Positions 1 to 12,106 are shown, counted from the stretch's first letter. The stretch is DNA of 64,000 bases from Octopus vulgaris (GCA_951406725.2 OX597825.1:5952001-6016000), one strand, 5' to 3'. A program made the numbers and translations. Notes: generated by a model from the letters alone, not told the origin.

Positions 1-360
1 GGATTTGCAGCTCCTGATGTAAGAACCGCAACATTTATTGCAGACTTACAGGTACACTATGAACAAAGACTTACATTGTTGATGGGGCAGTTGGCCAGTA
101 TGCACCTATCGTTATTGTCTGTTGGGTGATTTCCCCAAGCAGGGAACAGAGTGCAACCTCTGTATGTTCGCCACCACTCTAAAGATAATAGGAGTGTTTT
201 TATCGGCAAAATTTCGCAATCTCTAGGAGCAAATTCCATCTTTGGAAGTGTGAACCTTCTGTTTATATAGATATCGGCAAACTGGCGTAAGCTGCATAGA
301 AGTTGGAATTGTTTCGTGGTGACGGCTTTGGGGGTGTTGATGATTCGTGTCGTCGAAAGC
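1..360 (-). mobile_element. Penelope-like element ORF remnant (GIY-YIG endonuclease region), decayed
   Basis: The minus strand reads ...CILANCPINNVSLC..., then across a frameshift VYL*VCNKCCGSYIRSCKS. This matches the Cys-rich linker plus VY-x3-CxxC-x3-YIG signature of Penelope GIY-YIG domains. Stops and frameshifts are present. Confidence 0.6.
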
Positions 361-401
361 CTACTTAGTAGATGAAACTGTTTTGGTGTGTATGTATAGA
401 T

Positions 402-453
<52 letters not shown>

Positions 454-481
454 GAGAAAGAAGCAACAAGAATGGATTAGT

Positions 482-572
482 TTTTAGTACAATTGTTTCA
501 TACAAAGACAGGCTTTATTACAAGTTGCAAAAATTGCAGCATATAAAAGTGTCCCGTACTCATCAGCTAAAA
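482..572 (-). ncRNA. Type I hammerhead ribozyme with long stem II (Penelope pLTR-type)
   Basis: Minus strand: TTTTAG-CTGATGA-GTACGGGACA...TGTCTTTGTAT-GAAA-C-AATT-GT-A-CTAAAA. Stem I is TTTTAG/CTAAAA, stem III is the palindrome ACAATTGT, and the cleavage triplet is GUA. Confidence 0.75.
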
Positions 573-704
573 TACACATGAGTTATCCAGACATCTTAGT
601 GGGTGAGGTTATACTCATGAAATATTGGAGATAATTCCATTAAAGGCAGATATAGGTTGTAAACAGTTTTCCAAACAGTTTTTACTTGAATCTTAATTGC
701 TTTG

Positions 705-895
<191 letters not shown>

Positions 896-896
896 C

Positions 897-1016
897 ATTG
901 GCCTGCTCGCTTAGCCAGCGGGGTGGGGTCATTCGAAGGCTAAAACAATGCGAACGCATTGTGACCAGCGATGTGTAAAACATCTGATGGTCTGGTCGGT
1001 CACGTGATCACGTGAT
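897..1016 (+). mobile_element. SINE 3' tail fragment (CACGTGAT-ending tail)
   Basis: Reverse complement of the tail at 8636-8745 and related to 32900-33020. Confidence 0.75.
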
Positions 1017-1086
1017 ATACATATACATATACATATACATATATATATACATATATATATACATACATATATATATTCATATACAC

Positions 1087-1134
<48 letters not shown>

Positions 1135-1289
1135 ACACACACACACACATATATATATGTACATATAACGTACTTACTATATGGGAATAGGTACTGGATC
1201 GGTGCATTTTATTTTAACGGAGGATTTGTGCAGGCGGTGACTATCTGGGAAAAAAATATAGTTGGATACTTTTTAAACGCATCTCGTAA

Positions 1290-1654
1290 TTCAAGCTTCC
1301 CTGGTCAAGAACAGCAAATCGCTTACTCGACAGGTTCCCTACTTCCCTGACTTGGTGCCGTGTGACTTCTGGCTCCTCCCCAAAGTGAAAACCACGCTAA
1401 AAGGGTGGAGGTTTGAATCACAAGATATAGTACAAGAGAAGCGGCGGCGGCAGCGGCGATGGAGCGCCATACCATTCCAGAGAATGCATTCCAGAGCTTT
1501 TAGGAGCAGTGGTAGAACCGTTGGGAGAGGCGTAAGAACTCCCAAGAGGAGTATTTCGGAGCAGATTAAGTGAAATTTATGAAATGTAGAAAATAGTTGG
1601 GGGTTTTGTTTATACCCATTGCCAAGGTCGAATACTTTTTGAACACACCTCGTA
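1290..1654 (+). mobile_element. mariner transposase C-terminal remnant with right TIR
   Basis: PDLVPCDFWLLPKVKTTLKGWRFES matches the mariner YSPDLAPxDF motif. It ends in the TIR-like ...ATACTTTTTGAACACACCTCG-TA. A second similar end lies at about 1255-1289. Confidence 0.85.
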
Positions 1655-2356
1655 TGTGTGTGTAGGTATATATATATGTATATTGGTACTATATGTATAT
1701 ATATTTGTATGCATGTAAGTGGATATGAATGTAAACAGATAAACATACAGATAGATAGGTACATAAGTAATATGAACAGACGAGCACACTTATACATACA
1801 TATGCAAATAAAGACTGAAACACGTGACCATGAAAACACATACACTTCACTTCACACAAGGCCACATCTGGAGACATGCATCCATACAAAACAGATGTAG
1901 TACATAGTCACAATAACCCATACACAGACACACTCAGACATGCACACACAAGGAGACAAAGGTACACACACACACATACACACACACACACACATGCAAA
2001 CACACAAACACGAACACACAAATATATGAATATGCAGAATACATACATACAAACGTACACACATACATACATATATAAATACACACACACACACACACAT
2101 ACATGCTTACACATACATACATACATACATATGTGTATGCGCACGCACACTGACCCCCACACATGCGCACAAACAAACAGAAGGAACGCAGCTTGGATAA
2201 CTGACAAAGTCAAAGACTATTGAAAAGGTAGCAAGTCACACCAATGTCAAGCGATATTAGGTGGGGGGACAAAACACAGACGCACAAACATGCATACACA
2301 CGCACTTACACACACATACATAATACACACACATACACACACACACATATATATAT

Positions 2357-2429
<73 letters not shown>

Positions 2430-2639
2430 AAAAATGGTAAATAATTTTCCTGTGGTTTTTCATGTAACCAACAATTATTTACCGGTAAATTTCGGTATGT
2501 AAATACGACAAAATAATTGTCAAGACCTTTGTAAGGTTCAGTATATAGTAAAGAAAAATAAGTTGGCTAGCAGCGAGCTGTTTCACCTCATACCGAAGGA
2601 ATTAGAAATGGCAGTCAAAGACCCTTTATTCCAGAAATG

Positions 2640-2670
<31 letters not shown>

Positions 2671-2672
<2 letters not shown>

Positions 2673-3240
2673 AAATATTGAATTTCTAAATCTCTCGTAG
2701 AGACATGTACGGTGGTGGGGCGATAGAATGGTTGTATACTGTCAATCTAACAAGAACGTGACAGTAGGGGGTACACCACCGCTGTATAGCCCTAGGAAGC
2801 ATCGAACGCCTCCTGATGGCTTTGACACATTTTCCCCTGTGTCCTTATATACATATACGAAGGGGAGACAAACACCCCCGGCTGCCGAAGCTGCATCTAG
2901 GGACACGTGTTTCAGGATCGAGAGATTTAGAAATTCAATATTTTTTTTGATAATCAGTGAATAGACTTCACTGAGTTATAGATATATGCAATTACGAAGT
3001 CGAGACAAATATCACCAGCTGACCGGTGTCTGCTACTCTAGGCCGATGAAGGACAACGATCCTGAAACACGTGTCCCTAGAAGCAGCTTCGGCAGCCGGG
3101 GGTGTTTGTCTCCCCTTCGTATGTAGGGGAAAAATGTGTCAAAGCCATCAGGAGGCGTTCGATGCTTCCTAGGGCTATACAGCGGTGGTGTACCTCCTAC
3201 TGTCACGTTCTTGTTAGATTGACAGTATACAACCATTCTA
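2671..3240. mobile_element. (TA)n-flanked fold-back element (about 190-bp inverted arms) containing a hammerhead
   Basis: 2724-2920 is the reverse complement of 3057-3240, apart from one indel and a few substitutions. About 2673-2697 is the reverse complement of about 2919-2943. Confidence 0.85.
3031..3085 (+). ncRNA. Type I hammerhead ribozyme, CCGAUGA core variant
   Basis: TGCT-ac-TCTAGG-CCGATGA-AGGA-caacga-TCCT-GAAA-C-ACGT-GT-C-CCTAGA-AGCA. All three helices pair, stem III is palindromic, and the triplet is GUC. Confidence 0.8.
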
Positions 3241-3259
3241 TATATATATATATATATAT

Positions 3260-3463
3260 AGTTAATCCAAACAAGAAAACACAAAAAAAGCACAACAACG
3301 CGAGGACATGGAACAAATATAGTATTATTGGACGCTCAAGAAACAAGAAAAGAAGGAGGGTTTAACGTTTCGAGCGGAGCTCTTCGTCGGAAACATAGGA
3401 GAAGGAAAGATCCAGAGAAGGGAAGACAGAGAAAAGAAATCGCCAACGGTACACACGAGGTCA
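3260..3463 (-). mobile_element. Short (TA)n-anchored Penelope-like end element with minimal hammerhead at 3360-3394
   Basis: Minus strand: GTTT-CCGACGA-A-GAGC-tcc-GCTC-GAAAC-GTT-AAAC. A close second copy lies at 47630-47820 (+). Confidence 0.75.
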
Positions 3464-3467
3464 TATA

Positions 3468-3600
3468 TGACGGGCTTCTTTCAGTTTTCGTCTACCACAT
3501 CCACTCACAAGGCTTTGGTCGGCCCGAGGCTATAGCAGAAGACATTTGCCCAACGTACCATGCAGTGGGACTGAACCCGGAACCATGTGGTTGGTAAGCA
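3468..3600 (-). mobile_element. SINE family A, 5' part
   Basis: Matches the head of the full copy at 6905-7312. Confidence 0.8.
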
Positions 3601-3764
3601 ATATGTTTGTGTATATGTGTACATACATAAGTTCCGTGTATATATACATATACACTCACATGTAAACACATATAGTTATATACATATATATATATATCTA
3701 CATATCTACATATATACATATATATACATATATACATACATGTATGTATGTATGTATGTATGTA

Positions 3765-3819
<55 letters not shown>

Positions 3820-4658
3820 GCATGCATGCATGTGTATGGGTATGTATGTGTGTATGGGTATGTATGGATGTGTGTGTATTTACGTCGTAAAGTTTACTGA
3901 AAGCTGAAACCTCACATGTTGCAAGTCTGAGTTCTGTTTCCCGATTCTCAATCTGTTCCTCAAGCTGGGTACATGTGTACTTAATAATACACACACACGA
4001 CATACACTTAAACATCCAATACATACGCACGTCTGTGCGAATTTGAGTGAGTGAGTGAGTGAGTGAGCCTTGTGTGTGTGTGTGTGCGTACTGCTTGATT
4101 TACAGTGTTGTCAAAATGATTGGGCCGCAACGTTGCTGTGTGGACTTGTGATAAGTATACAGACGAGCGCCTGTATGAATGAAAGGGGGTGAAATAGTCT
4201 AAGTGAGAAAAAGAGAGACAGACAGAGGTCAAAAGAATGAGTGTGAGTGAGTGAGTGAGTGAATGTGTGAGTGAGTGAGTGAGTGAGTGAGATGGGGAAG
4301 AAGAGAGAATGAGACGAAGTGAGAGTTAAAATAAGGGCGTAAAAAACGCATTCATGGGAACCAGAGAACGACCTACATTTCAAGGGAAGTACTAAGGATT
4401 AAAATTAATGATAAGGAATGTATGTTGGGGATAGAGAAGGGGAAGGTCAGAGGGACAGAGGGGACAGAGAAAATGAGACAGACACTGAAAGTGGGGAGAG
4501 AGAGAGAGAAAAAAAAGGCGCGAAATGATGAATAGAGAAGTTTCACTGAAGCAGCCGACATCTGTCGAGTTCAACAGAATCGTGTGTGGCAATATGCGAT
4601 CATTGTTGATGTGATATATGTCACAGATGAGGGGAGACCATGTAGTGCTTACGTTTGC

Positions 4659-4690
<32 letters not shown>

Positions 4691-4770
4691 GCTTCTATAT
4701 CTACGCAGATATGTATGTGCTTTTCTGTCTTTGTATGTATGCGTGTGTATATGTGTGTTGCTTCTGTCTT

Positions 4771-4822
<52 letters not shown>

Positions 4823-4977
4823 TGTGTAAGTGTTATGTTACTTCTATGTCGTTGTATACATATATATATACATATATATATACATATATATATGTATATA
4901 TATGTATATGTATGTATATATATATGTATATATATATGTAAATAAATGTATATATATATATATACATATATATATAC

Positions 4978-5020
<43 letters not shown>

Positions 5021-5604
5021 TATAAATACAAATATGTACATATATATACATATATATAAATGTATATATATATACACATACATACATATATATACATATA
5101 TATATATATACATATATGCATATATATGTATGTTTTATGTATGTAAGTGTGTGCGTGCTTGTACGGTATATATATGTGTGTGTGTGTGCCTGTATGTGCA
5201 TGATTGTGGCGGTGTACACATGTGTGCATGGTAATATATGTGTATGTACATCATGTCGAAAGTGATATTTTCAATGTTATTCCATGTCTGCATGGTACTG
5301 TAAGCGTGTATATCAGCGCGGTATTGTTTGTTTATATGTCTGCGTACGTGCGTGGCTGTGTATGTGTTTGTGTGTCCGTGTTTGTGTGTGTGTGTGTCTG
5401 TGTGTGTCTGTGTGTTTACTCGTATGCCTATATATGTATGTGGTTGTGTGTAAAAGAAATTTACTTCCCAAACAATAAGGTCTCGGGTTTGGTACATACA
5501 TACATACATTCATATATACATACATACATACATTGCATACATACATATATACATACATATATACATACATACATTCATATATACATACATATATACATAC
5601 ATAT

Positions 5605-5680
<76 letters not shown>

Positions 5681-5683
<3 letters not shown>

Positions 5684-5850
5684 AATTGGGACAAGAACGC
5701 AAAACATCCAGAAGACGATACAAAAAATACGGACGGGTCAATCGAAGCCTTTAATCTTCAGTCAAGAGCCGGATCATCCTCGCAATTTCGGCTGATTAAT
5801 TTTGAGATTGCTCCAGTCTTGCCAGCCCCAAAGAAAAACTAAGCTAAAGG
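5681..5850 (-). mobile_element. (TA)n-anchored short element carrying a non-circularly permuted hammerhead
   Basis: Abuts (TA)n at 5680 and contains the motif at 5746-5811. Confidence 0.6.
5746..5811 (-). ncRNA. Candidate non-circularly permuted hammerhead ribozyme (site-GAAA-CUGA order)
   Basis: Minus strand: GCAAT-C-TCAA..aattaatc-AGCC-GAAA-TTGC-(linker)-TTGA-CTGAAGA-ttaaa-GGCT. Stem III is GCAAT/ATTGC, stem I is TCAA/TTGA and stem II is GGCT/AGCC. Confidence 0.65.
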
Positions 5851-6207
5851 TCCTGCTAGGGTGTAAATTTAGGGTGTTTCCAGAGAAGCACTCAACCTGA
5901 ATACAAGGCTATCCACACTCCTGGGGTTCCAGGTCAAAGCCGGAATTCCTCGGATGTAGAAAATCTAAGCTTCACGATGATCACACAGTAAAGTGGATTT
6001 GGCGAAGTGTAAATAATTCAGATGATAAGAAGACAAAGAAAATTCTTCAACACGTCTTTAATGATTCCTTACAATTGTCTCTGTACCAACTCTACTTCCA
6101 GCTTGGAATTTTTGCGTAAACGGGCGTTGCAAGCAGAGTTGCTACATAAGCAATTGTAACGTATCATTAAAGATTTGTTAATGAATTTTCTTTAACTTAT
6201 TATTATT

Positions 6208-6590
6208 TTGTATATATTAATTGAGAAAGAAAGCAAACTGTGTTGGATCATAGATATAGCATACCCAGCTGACAACAAGGTATGCAATAAGAAAGAAAGA
6301 AAAGTCGATAGATATGACAGGTTAGCTTGGGAGGTTAAACAGTTGAGGTCGACGAAAAAGGTGGTAGTAGTACCAATAATTGTCAGATCCCTGGGAACAG
6401 TGAGCAAAATATTTTGAGAAGTACATGAAACAAACAGGGGATGCAATAAGGGTGAAGCACTTGCAGAAAACAGCACTGCTTGGAACCGCTTGAATATTCC
6501 GGATGATGCTCGAAAAATAAGGGGTGTTACCTTAGTTCACTGGTAGGGAACAGCTGACACCGAAGTACATCTCCAGCGTTAGAAGCTAAT
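6208..6590 (+). mobile_element. 3' end of a restriction-like-endonuclease non-LTR retrotransposon (R4/Dong-like), decayed
   Basis: ILIEKESKLCWIIDIAYPADNKVCNKKERKVDRYDRLAWEVKQL...VVPIIVRSLGTV, then across a frameshift EKYMKQ...LQKTALLGTA*IFRMMLEK*. This is a typical RLE C-terminus. Confidence 0.85.
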
Positions 6591-6792
6591 CAAATGAGGA
6601 TAGAAATTGACAATCTTTAATGGTGTATCACAACATATGTTCCCGCAGACCAAACCAGCGTTAAGTTGCAATTTCCCTATTTAGATAACATTATTTCAGA
6701 TTAGGAGCTTTTTAAAGCGCTTTACGTGGCTTTTTGCGCAAAATAAACCATTTGGTTGGTAAGCAAGCTACTATCCACACAGCCAGCAACTC

Positions 6793-6850
<58 letters not shown>

Positions 6851-6866
6851 TTATATATTTATACAT

Positions 6867-6904
<38 letters not shown>

Positions 6905-6907
<3 letters not shown>

Positions 6908-7312
6908 GGCACAGGAGTGGCTGCGTGGAAAGTTGCTTGCTTACCAACCACATGGTTCTGGATTCAGTCCCACAGCATGGCACCTTGGGCAAGTGTCTTC
7001 TACTATAGCCTCGAGCCGACCAAAGTCTTGTAGATGGAAACTGAAAGAAGCCCGTCATATATATGTATGTGTGTGTGTGTCTGTATGTTTGTATGTCTGT
7101 GATTGCCCCCCCCACCACCACCACCACCACCAACATCGCTTGACAACCTATGCTGGTGTGTTCACGTCCCCGTAACTTAGCGGTTCGGCAAAATACACAA
7201 ATAGAATAAGTACTAGGCTTACAAAGAATAAGTCCAGCGGTCGATTTGTTCGACTAAAGGCGGTGCTCCAGCATGGCCGCAATCAAATGACTGAAACAAA
7301 TAAAAGAAAAAA
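6905..7312 (+). mobile_element. SINE family A, full length (tRNA-like head, internal microsatellite, ...CCAGCATGGCCGC...GACTGAAAC tail)
   Basis: Has A/B-box-like head elements (GTGGCTGCGTGG; GGATTCAGTCCC) and more than 10 related copies in the window. Confidence 0.85.
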
Positions 7313-7355
7313 ATGAACACATATATGTTTTTGTGTGTGTGTGCGTGTGTGTGTA

Positions 7356-7398
<43 letters not shown>

Positions 7399-7600
7399 TT
7401 TTCTTTCTCTCTCTGCCGTTATACACACACACATACATACATACATACATACACACACAAATTTACGTACGTACTTACATACATACATACATACACACAT
7501 ACATACATACATACATGCATACATACATACATGCATACATACATACACACACACATACATAAATACATACATACATACATACATACATACATACATACAT

Positions 7601-7632
<32 letters not shown>

Positions 7633-7827
7633 TTACGTACCTATATCCATACTTCCAAAACTCCCAGCACCGAATTACAGAAATTAATTCCTTTATAATA
7701 AATTCATGAGACTTTTCTTTGTTCTCCATTTTAGTATTGGCTTCAATTGCCGTTATTTCTTCAAGTGAATCAGCACTCGCCCACTCTTTCACACACACAC
7801 ACACACACACACACTCTCTCTTCTTTT

Positions 7828-7861
<34 letters not shown>

Positions 7862-8194
7862 AGGTAACTAGGATTGAAAATCCATGCAGCCTTTTACTCA
7901 ACCGTTTCATAAGATATCAATGTGTGTGACGTCTGCAATCGTGTGTGGCTATATAAACTTGAAATTACCATACACACACACACGTACGCATGGTCGCACC
8001 CACGCATACGCTTACACCCAATTACATATTTCTATTCCAGATTTCGTATCTTTTTTTTATGAGAAAAAAATTATAAAGAACAAAATACACGTGTATAAGC
8101 ATGTGTGTACATGTGTATGTGTGCGTGTGTATGTGTATTAATATCTTAATAATTTATCCTCATACACACACATATATAGATGCATGTATGTGTG

Positions 8195-8269
<75 letters not shown>

Positions 8270-8419
8270 GTGAAATAGAAAGATGAATAATCTTGTTGCA
8301 GATTAATCAAAAGTTTAACCGATACCTTGGTAGCAAAAATCACAGCAGAAGACAGCACGGTTGGAGGTACAACCATATGGTGTTGCAACCGTGCGTTGGT
8401 GCGGATAATTGAATATTAA

Positions 8420-8559
8420 TATTATTAGTGAATTGAAGAAATGGAGTTGAACGAAGATTGAACAGAAATCGTTTTATTTCATTCTACACGTGTAGAATGA
8501 AATAAAACGATTTCTGTTCAATCTTCGTTCAACTCCATTTCTTCAATTCACTAATAATA
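8420..8559. repeat. 140-bp perfect palindrome, no spacer
   Basis: The centre lies between 8489 and 8490 (TACAC|GTGTA). The 70-bp arms are exact reverse complements. Confidence 0.95.
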
Positions 8560-8635
<76 letters not shown>

Positions 8636-8636
<1 letters not shown>

Positions 8637-8910
8637 CACGTGACTGACCAGACCATCAGATGTTGCTACAAATCGCTGGTCACAATGCATTTGCATTGTT
8701 TTAGCCTTCAAATGACGCCACCCCGCTGGCTAAGCGAGCAGACCAACAGAAGAAAGAGTGGGAGAAAGAGTGGTGAAAGAGTACAGCAGGAATCACCACC
8801 ATCCCCTGCCGGGGCCTCGTGGAGCTTTTAGGTGTTTTCGGTCTGGGAATTGAAACCACGATCCTACGACCGCCAGTCCGCTGCCCTAACCACTGGGCCA
8901 TTGCGCCTCC
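8636..8910 (-). mobile_element. SINE family C (GGAGGCGCAATGGCCCAGTGGTTAGGGCAGCGG head)
   Basis: tRNA-like head with a B box (GGTTTCAATTCCC). Related copies lie at 32900-33211 and 56530-56920. Confidence 0.85.
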
Positions 8911-8920
8911 TATTTATCTG

Positions 8921-9030
<110 letters not shown>

Positions 9031-9043
9031 TATACATATATAT

Positions 9044-9200
9044 GGGTCCTCGAGGTGGTCATTAAACTCTGCCGTAATTTTGGGAGCTGTACTTTTGTGA
9101 TCCTTTCTACCAATTCGCGTAAGAGTCCGACGGTCCCTATCTGAAAGTTTTGGTTTTCTTCCGGAGTTTTGTTTCAACGAGGAGGTTTTTCCCTCTTTCC
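9044..9200 (-). mobile_element. Tc1-like transposase N-terminal/HTH remnant
   Basis: [41 protein letters not shown] contains a GRPR-like AT-hook and the second HTH of Tc1 transposases. Confidence 0.8.
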
Positions 9201-9507
9201 CTTTTTCGTAGACTAAGTATTTAATTTAGACAAAAAAATAGCCATTGTAAATGAGTTCATCTTGAAAGTGATTGGTGTTTTATTTTATCGATCTCAGACT
9301 CATGAAAGGCTAAGTTGACTTTAGCGCAATTTGAACTCAAATCGTAAAGACTCTGAAGAAACACTGCCCTTATTCGGCTGAATTCGCTGGTTGTGAATGT
9401 GGTGTTTATCTGGACGGCCAGTTTGTCAAACTGGTACCTGGCTATCAGATAACAGCTGAAATAATGCGTGTGTATCTATGTGATTGAGTCCGTGCCTATT
9501 TGTATGA

Positions 9508-9622
<115 letters not shown>

Positions 9623-10572
9623 GTCTTTATATAATCACAACTCTAAAACTATAACAGTGCAACAATATCACAATAGTAATAAGAACTTAAACAGCAAACC
9701 AACTCTGATAATTTACTTGATTTGACATTGTAGAATTTTATCCTTCAATTACTAACCTTCCTTACTTCACTATACTGCAAAAAAGAAAAAAAAACACCGC
9801 ATATTTTGTTCTGCGTCAAGATTATATCATAGGACGGGTAAAATATTTGACTAGCTTTGATCTTCAGGACGAATGAAATTACTGTAGAAAGTGATTAAGA
9901 TAAAATACTTCATAAGTAGGAAATAGCTAATAAAACTATGTTCAAATTTGCTGGGAAACCTACAGCCTAGAGTAAGTAGCCTTGTATTACAGTAAAATTT
10001 AAATGGGCGTAATTAATGAATATTTGCTAGACTGTAGTTGCGGCAAACAGACAAAAGAAAACTGTTAAAAACCGAGACTTTGTTTTGTTCTTAAAGATAA
10101 TCAATTCTGTCTTCTAAGCTACGAGATATATATGTTTTAGACATAAATAAACTTTGAAATTATTGATTTTCTTTCTTTTTCTTTGACGTTTCCTCATGCT
10201 GTGTTCGGTGCGTTAGTAATTTTTCCAACAGTGTTTCAAACAAACACCAAAATGCAAATTAGCTCACTCTTGTCTAGGCTGACATGTTCTTAGCTTCTTT
10301 ATGGCTGTGGACTTTGTTTATTCAGCATCACGGCAGTTCTGACAAAAACTCGAAAAACGTCTGAAACACACTGCGGTCGCTTGCCATCAAGCAGAAGTAA
10401 TTTCAGAGTCGTTACTACCGTCGTAGTCGTCGTCAGCGTCAGCGTTACCGTCATTGTTGTTATTATTGCTGCTGCAGCATGGTCTTGGTCAGTCAATGAT
10501 CAACAACTCCTAACTCTGATCAACGACATTCCAGCTGTGACCATCCTATCTCTTATTCAAACAGTATATTTT

Positions 10573-10968
10573 TTTATTTCTTTATTGCCCACAAGGGGCT
10601 AAACATAGAGGGGATAAACAAGGAGAGATAAAGGGATTAAGTCGATTATAAATTAAGTACTTAATTTATCGACCCAGAAAGGATGAAAGGCAAATATGAC
10701 CTCGGCGGAATTTGAACTCAGAACGTAACGGCAGGCGAAATACCTATTTCTATACTACCCACGAGGGGCTAAACACAGAGGGACAAACAAGGACAGACAA
10801 AGGGATTAAGTCGATTATATCAACCCCAGTGCATAACTGGTACTTATTTAATCGACCCCGAAAGGATGAAAGGCAAAGTCGACCTCGGCGGAATTTGAAC
10901 TCAGAACGTAACGGCTGACGAAATACCGCTAAGGATTCCGTCCGGCCTGCTAACGTTTCTGCCAGCTC
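10573..10968 (-). mobile_element. Two tandem SINE family B copies
   Basis: Both contain TTTA(A)TCGACCC(C/A)GAAAGGATGAAAGGCAAA...CTCGGCGGAATTTGAACTCAGAACGTAACGGC. Same family as 45298-45531. Confidence 0.85.
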
Positions 10969-11344
10969 TTTCGCCCGGTCTGGGAATCGAAACCGCGTGT
11001 CGCTGTCCTAACCACTGGGCCATTGCGCCTCCACACTACATTATCTAATGATCTACTATATTTATGTATCACTAAAGCGTTCCAGCAGTGACCATCCCAA
11101 CTCTTATTCCAGCATAGTATATTATTTAAGACCACATTATCTAATGATCTACAAAAACCATATTCTATCGAAAATGTTCCATCCGTGACTATTCCATCCC
11201 CTAAGTAAACAAGGCATATTATCTGAAACTGCACTATCTAATGATTTTCATGACTTACGTATGATCAAAGACGTTTCAACCGTGACCATCTCATCTCTTG
11301 TTCGAACATAGCATATTATCAAAGACTACTTCATTATCTCGCCA

Positions 11345-11500
11345 TCGTGGCACTCCGTCGGTTACGACGACGAAGGTTCCAGTTGATCCGGTCAACGGAA
11401 CAGCCTGCTCGTGAAATTAACGTACAAGTGGCTGAGCACTCCACAGTCATGTGTACCCTTAACGTAGTTCTCAGATGAGATTCAGCGTGACACAATGCGA
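11345..11500 (-). mobile_element. SINE tail fragment (CCGTCGGTTACGACGA type)
   Basis: Matches 56535-56690 and 61335-61490. Confidence 0.8.
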
Positions 11501-11543
11501 AATACTGAAACTACGCCATCTACTGACTTCAATCACTTATGTA

Positions 11544-12103
11544 TTGGGTTGTCCGGAAAGTTCGTGCCGATTTTTAAAGGAAAGAAAAAGGTCAATAAAT
11601 ACTTGCCATTACATTTTTAATCAGCCAAATATGAACCATTTTTTTGCACAATGCGTCTCCATCTTTCCTTTAACTTGAAAATACCCTCTTCCCAGAATTG
11701 AGGTGGTTTCATGGCAAAGAATTCATCAAGTTATCTTATGTCATCCAAAGAATTGAAACTTTTACCATTAAGACTATTCTGCAGAGACCTGAACAAGTGA
11801 AAATCTGAAGGAGCAATATTTGTTGAATATGGAGGGTGGAGTAACACATCTCAGCCGAGCTGCAGCAATTTTTGTCTGATTCCCAAAGCATCAAGTGCTG
11901 AAAATGAACTTTATCTTCTATTTTAAAGGGTTACAGAATTAACACAGGTTATAGGAACATAAACCCTCTTCCACGAAAAGATAGCTTAAACTGTGATCTA
12001 AATGGAGGTGTAGACAAATCCTATTTTATGGATTCGACCATGTTCTAAAATAAGTTGAAAGGTAAGCTACTATATTTCGGCACGAACTTTCCGGACAACC
12101 CAA
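11544..12103 (-). mobile_element. Internally deleted mariner element with both TIRs and TA target-site duplication
   Basis: TA-TTGGGTTGTCCGGAAAGTTCGTGCCGA ... TCGGCACGAACTTTCCGGACAACCCAA-TA. The minus strand encodes LHPPYSTNIAPSDFHLFRSLQNSLNG. Confidence 0.92.
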
Positions 12104-12106
12104 TAT

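Noticed and set aside
2425-2640. (TA)n-flanked element with GAAA plus the palindrome ATTTACCGGTAAAT
   Set aside because: No CUGANGA-like core could be placed, so no ribozyme is called.
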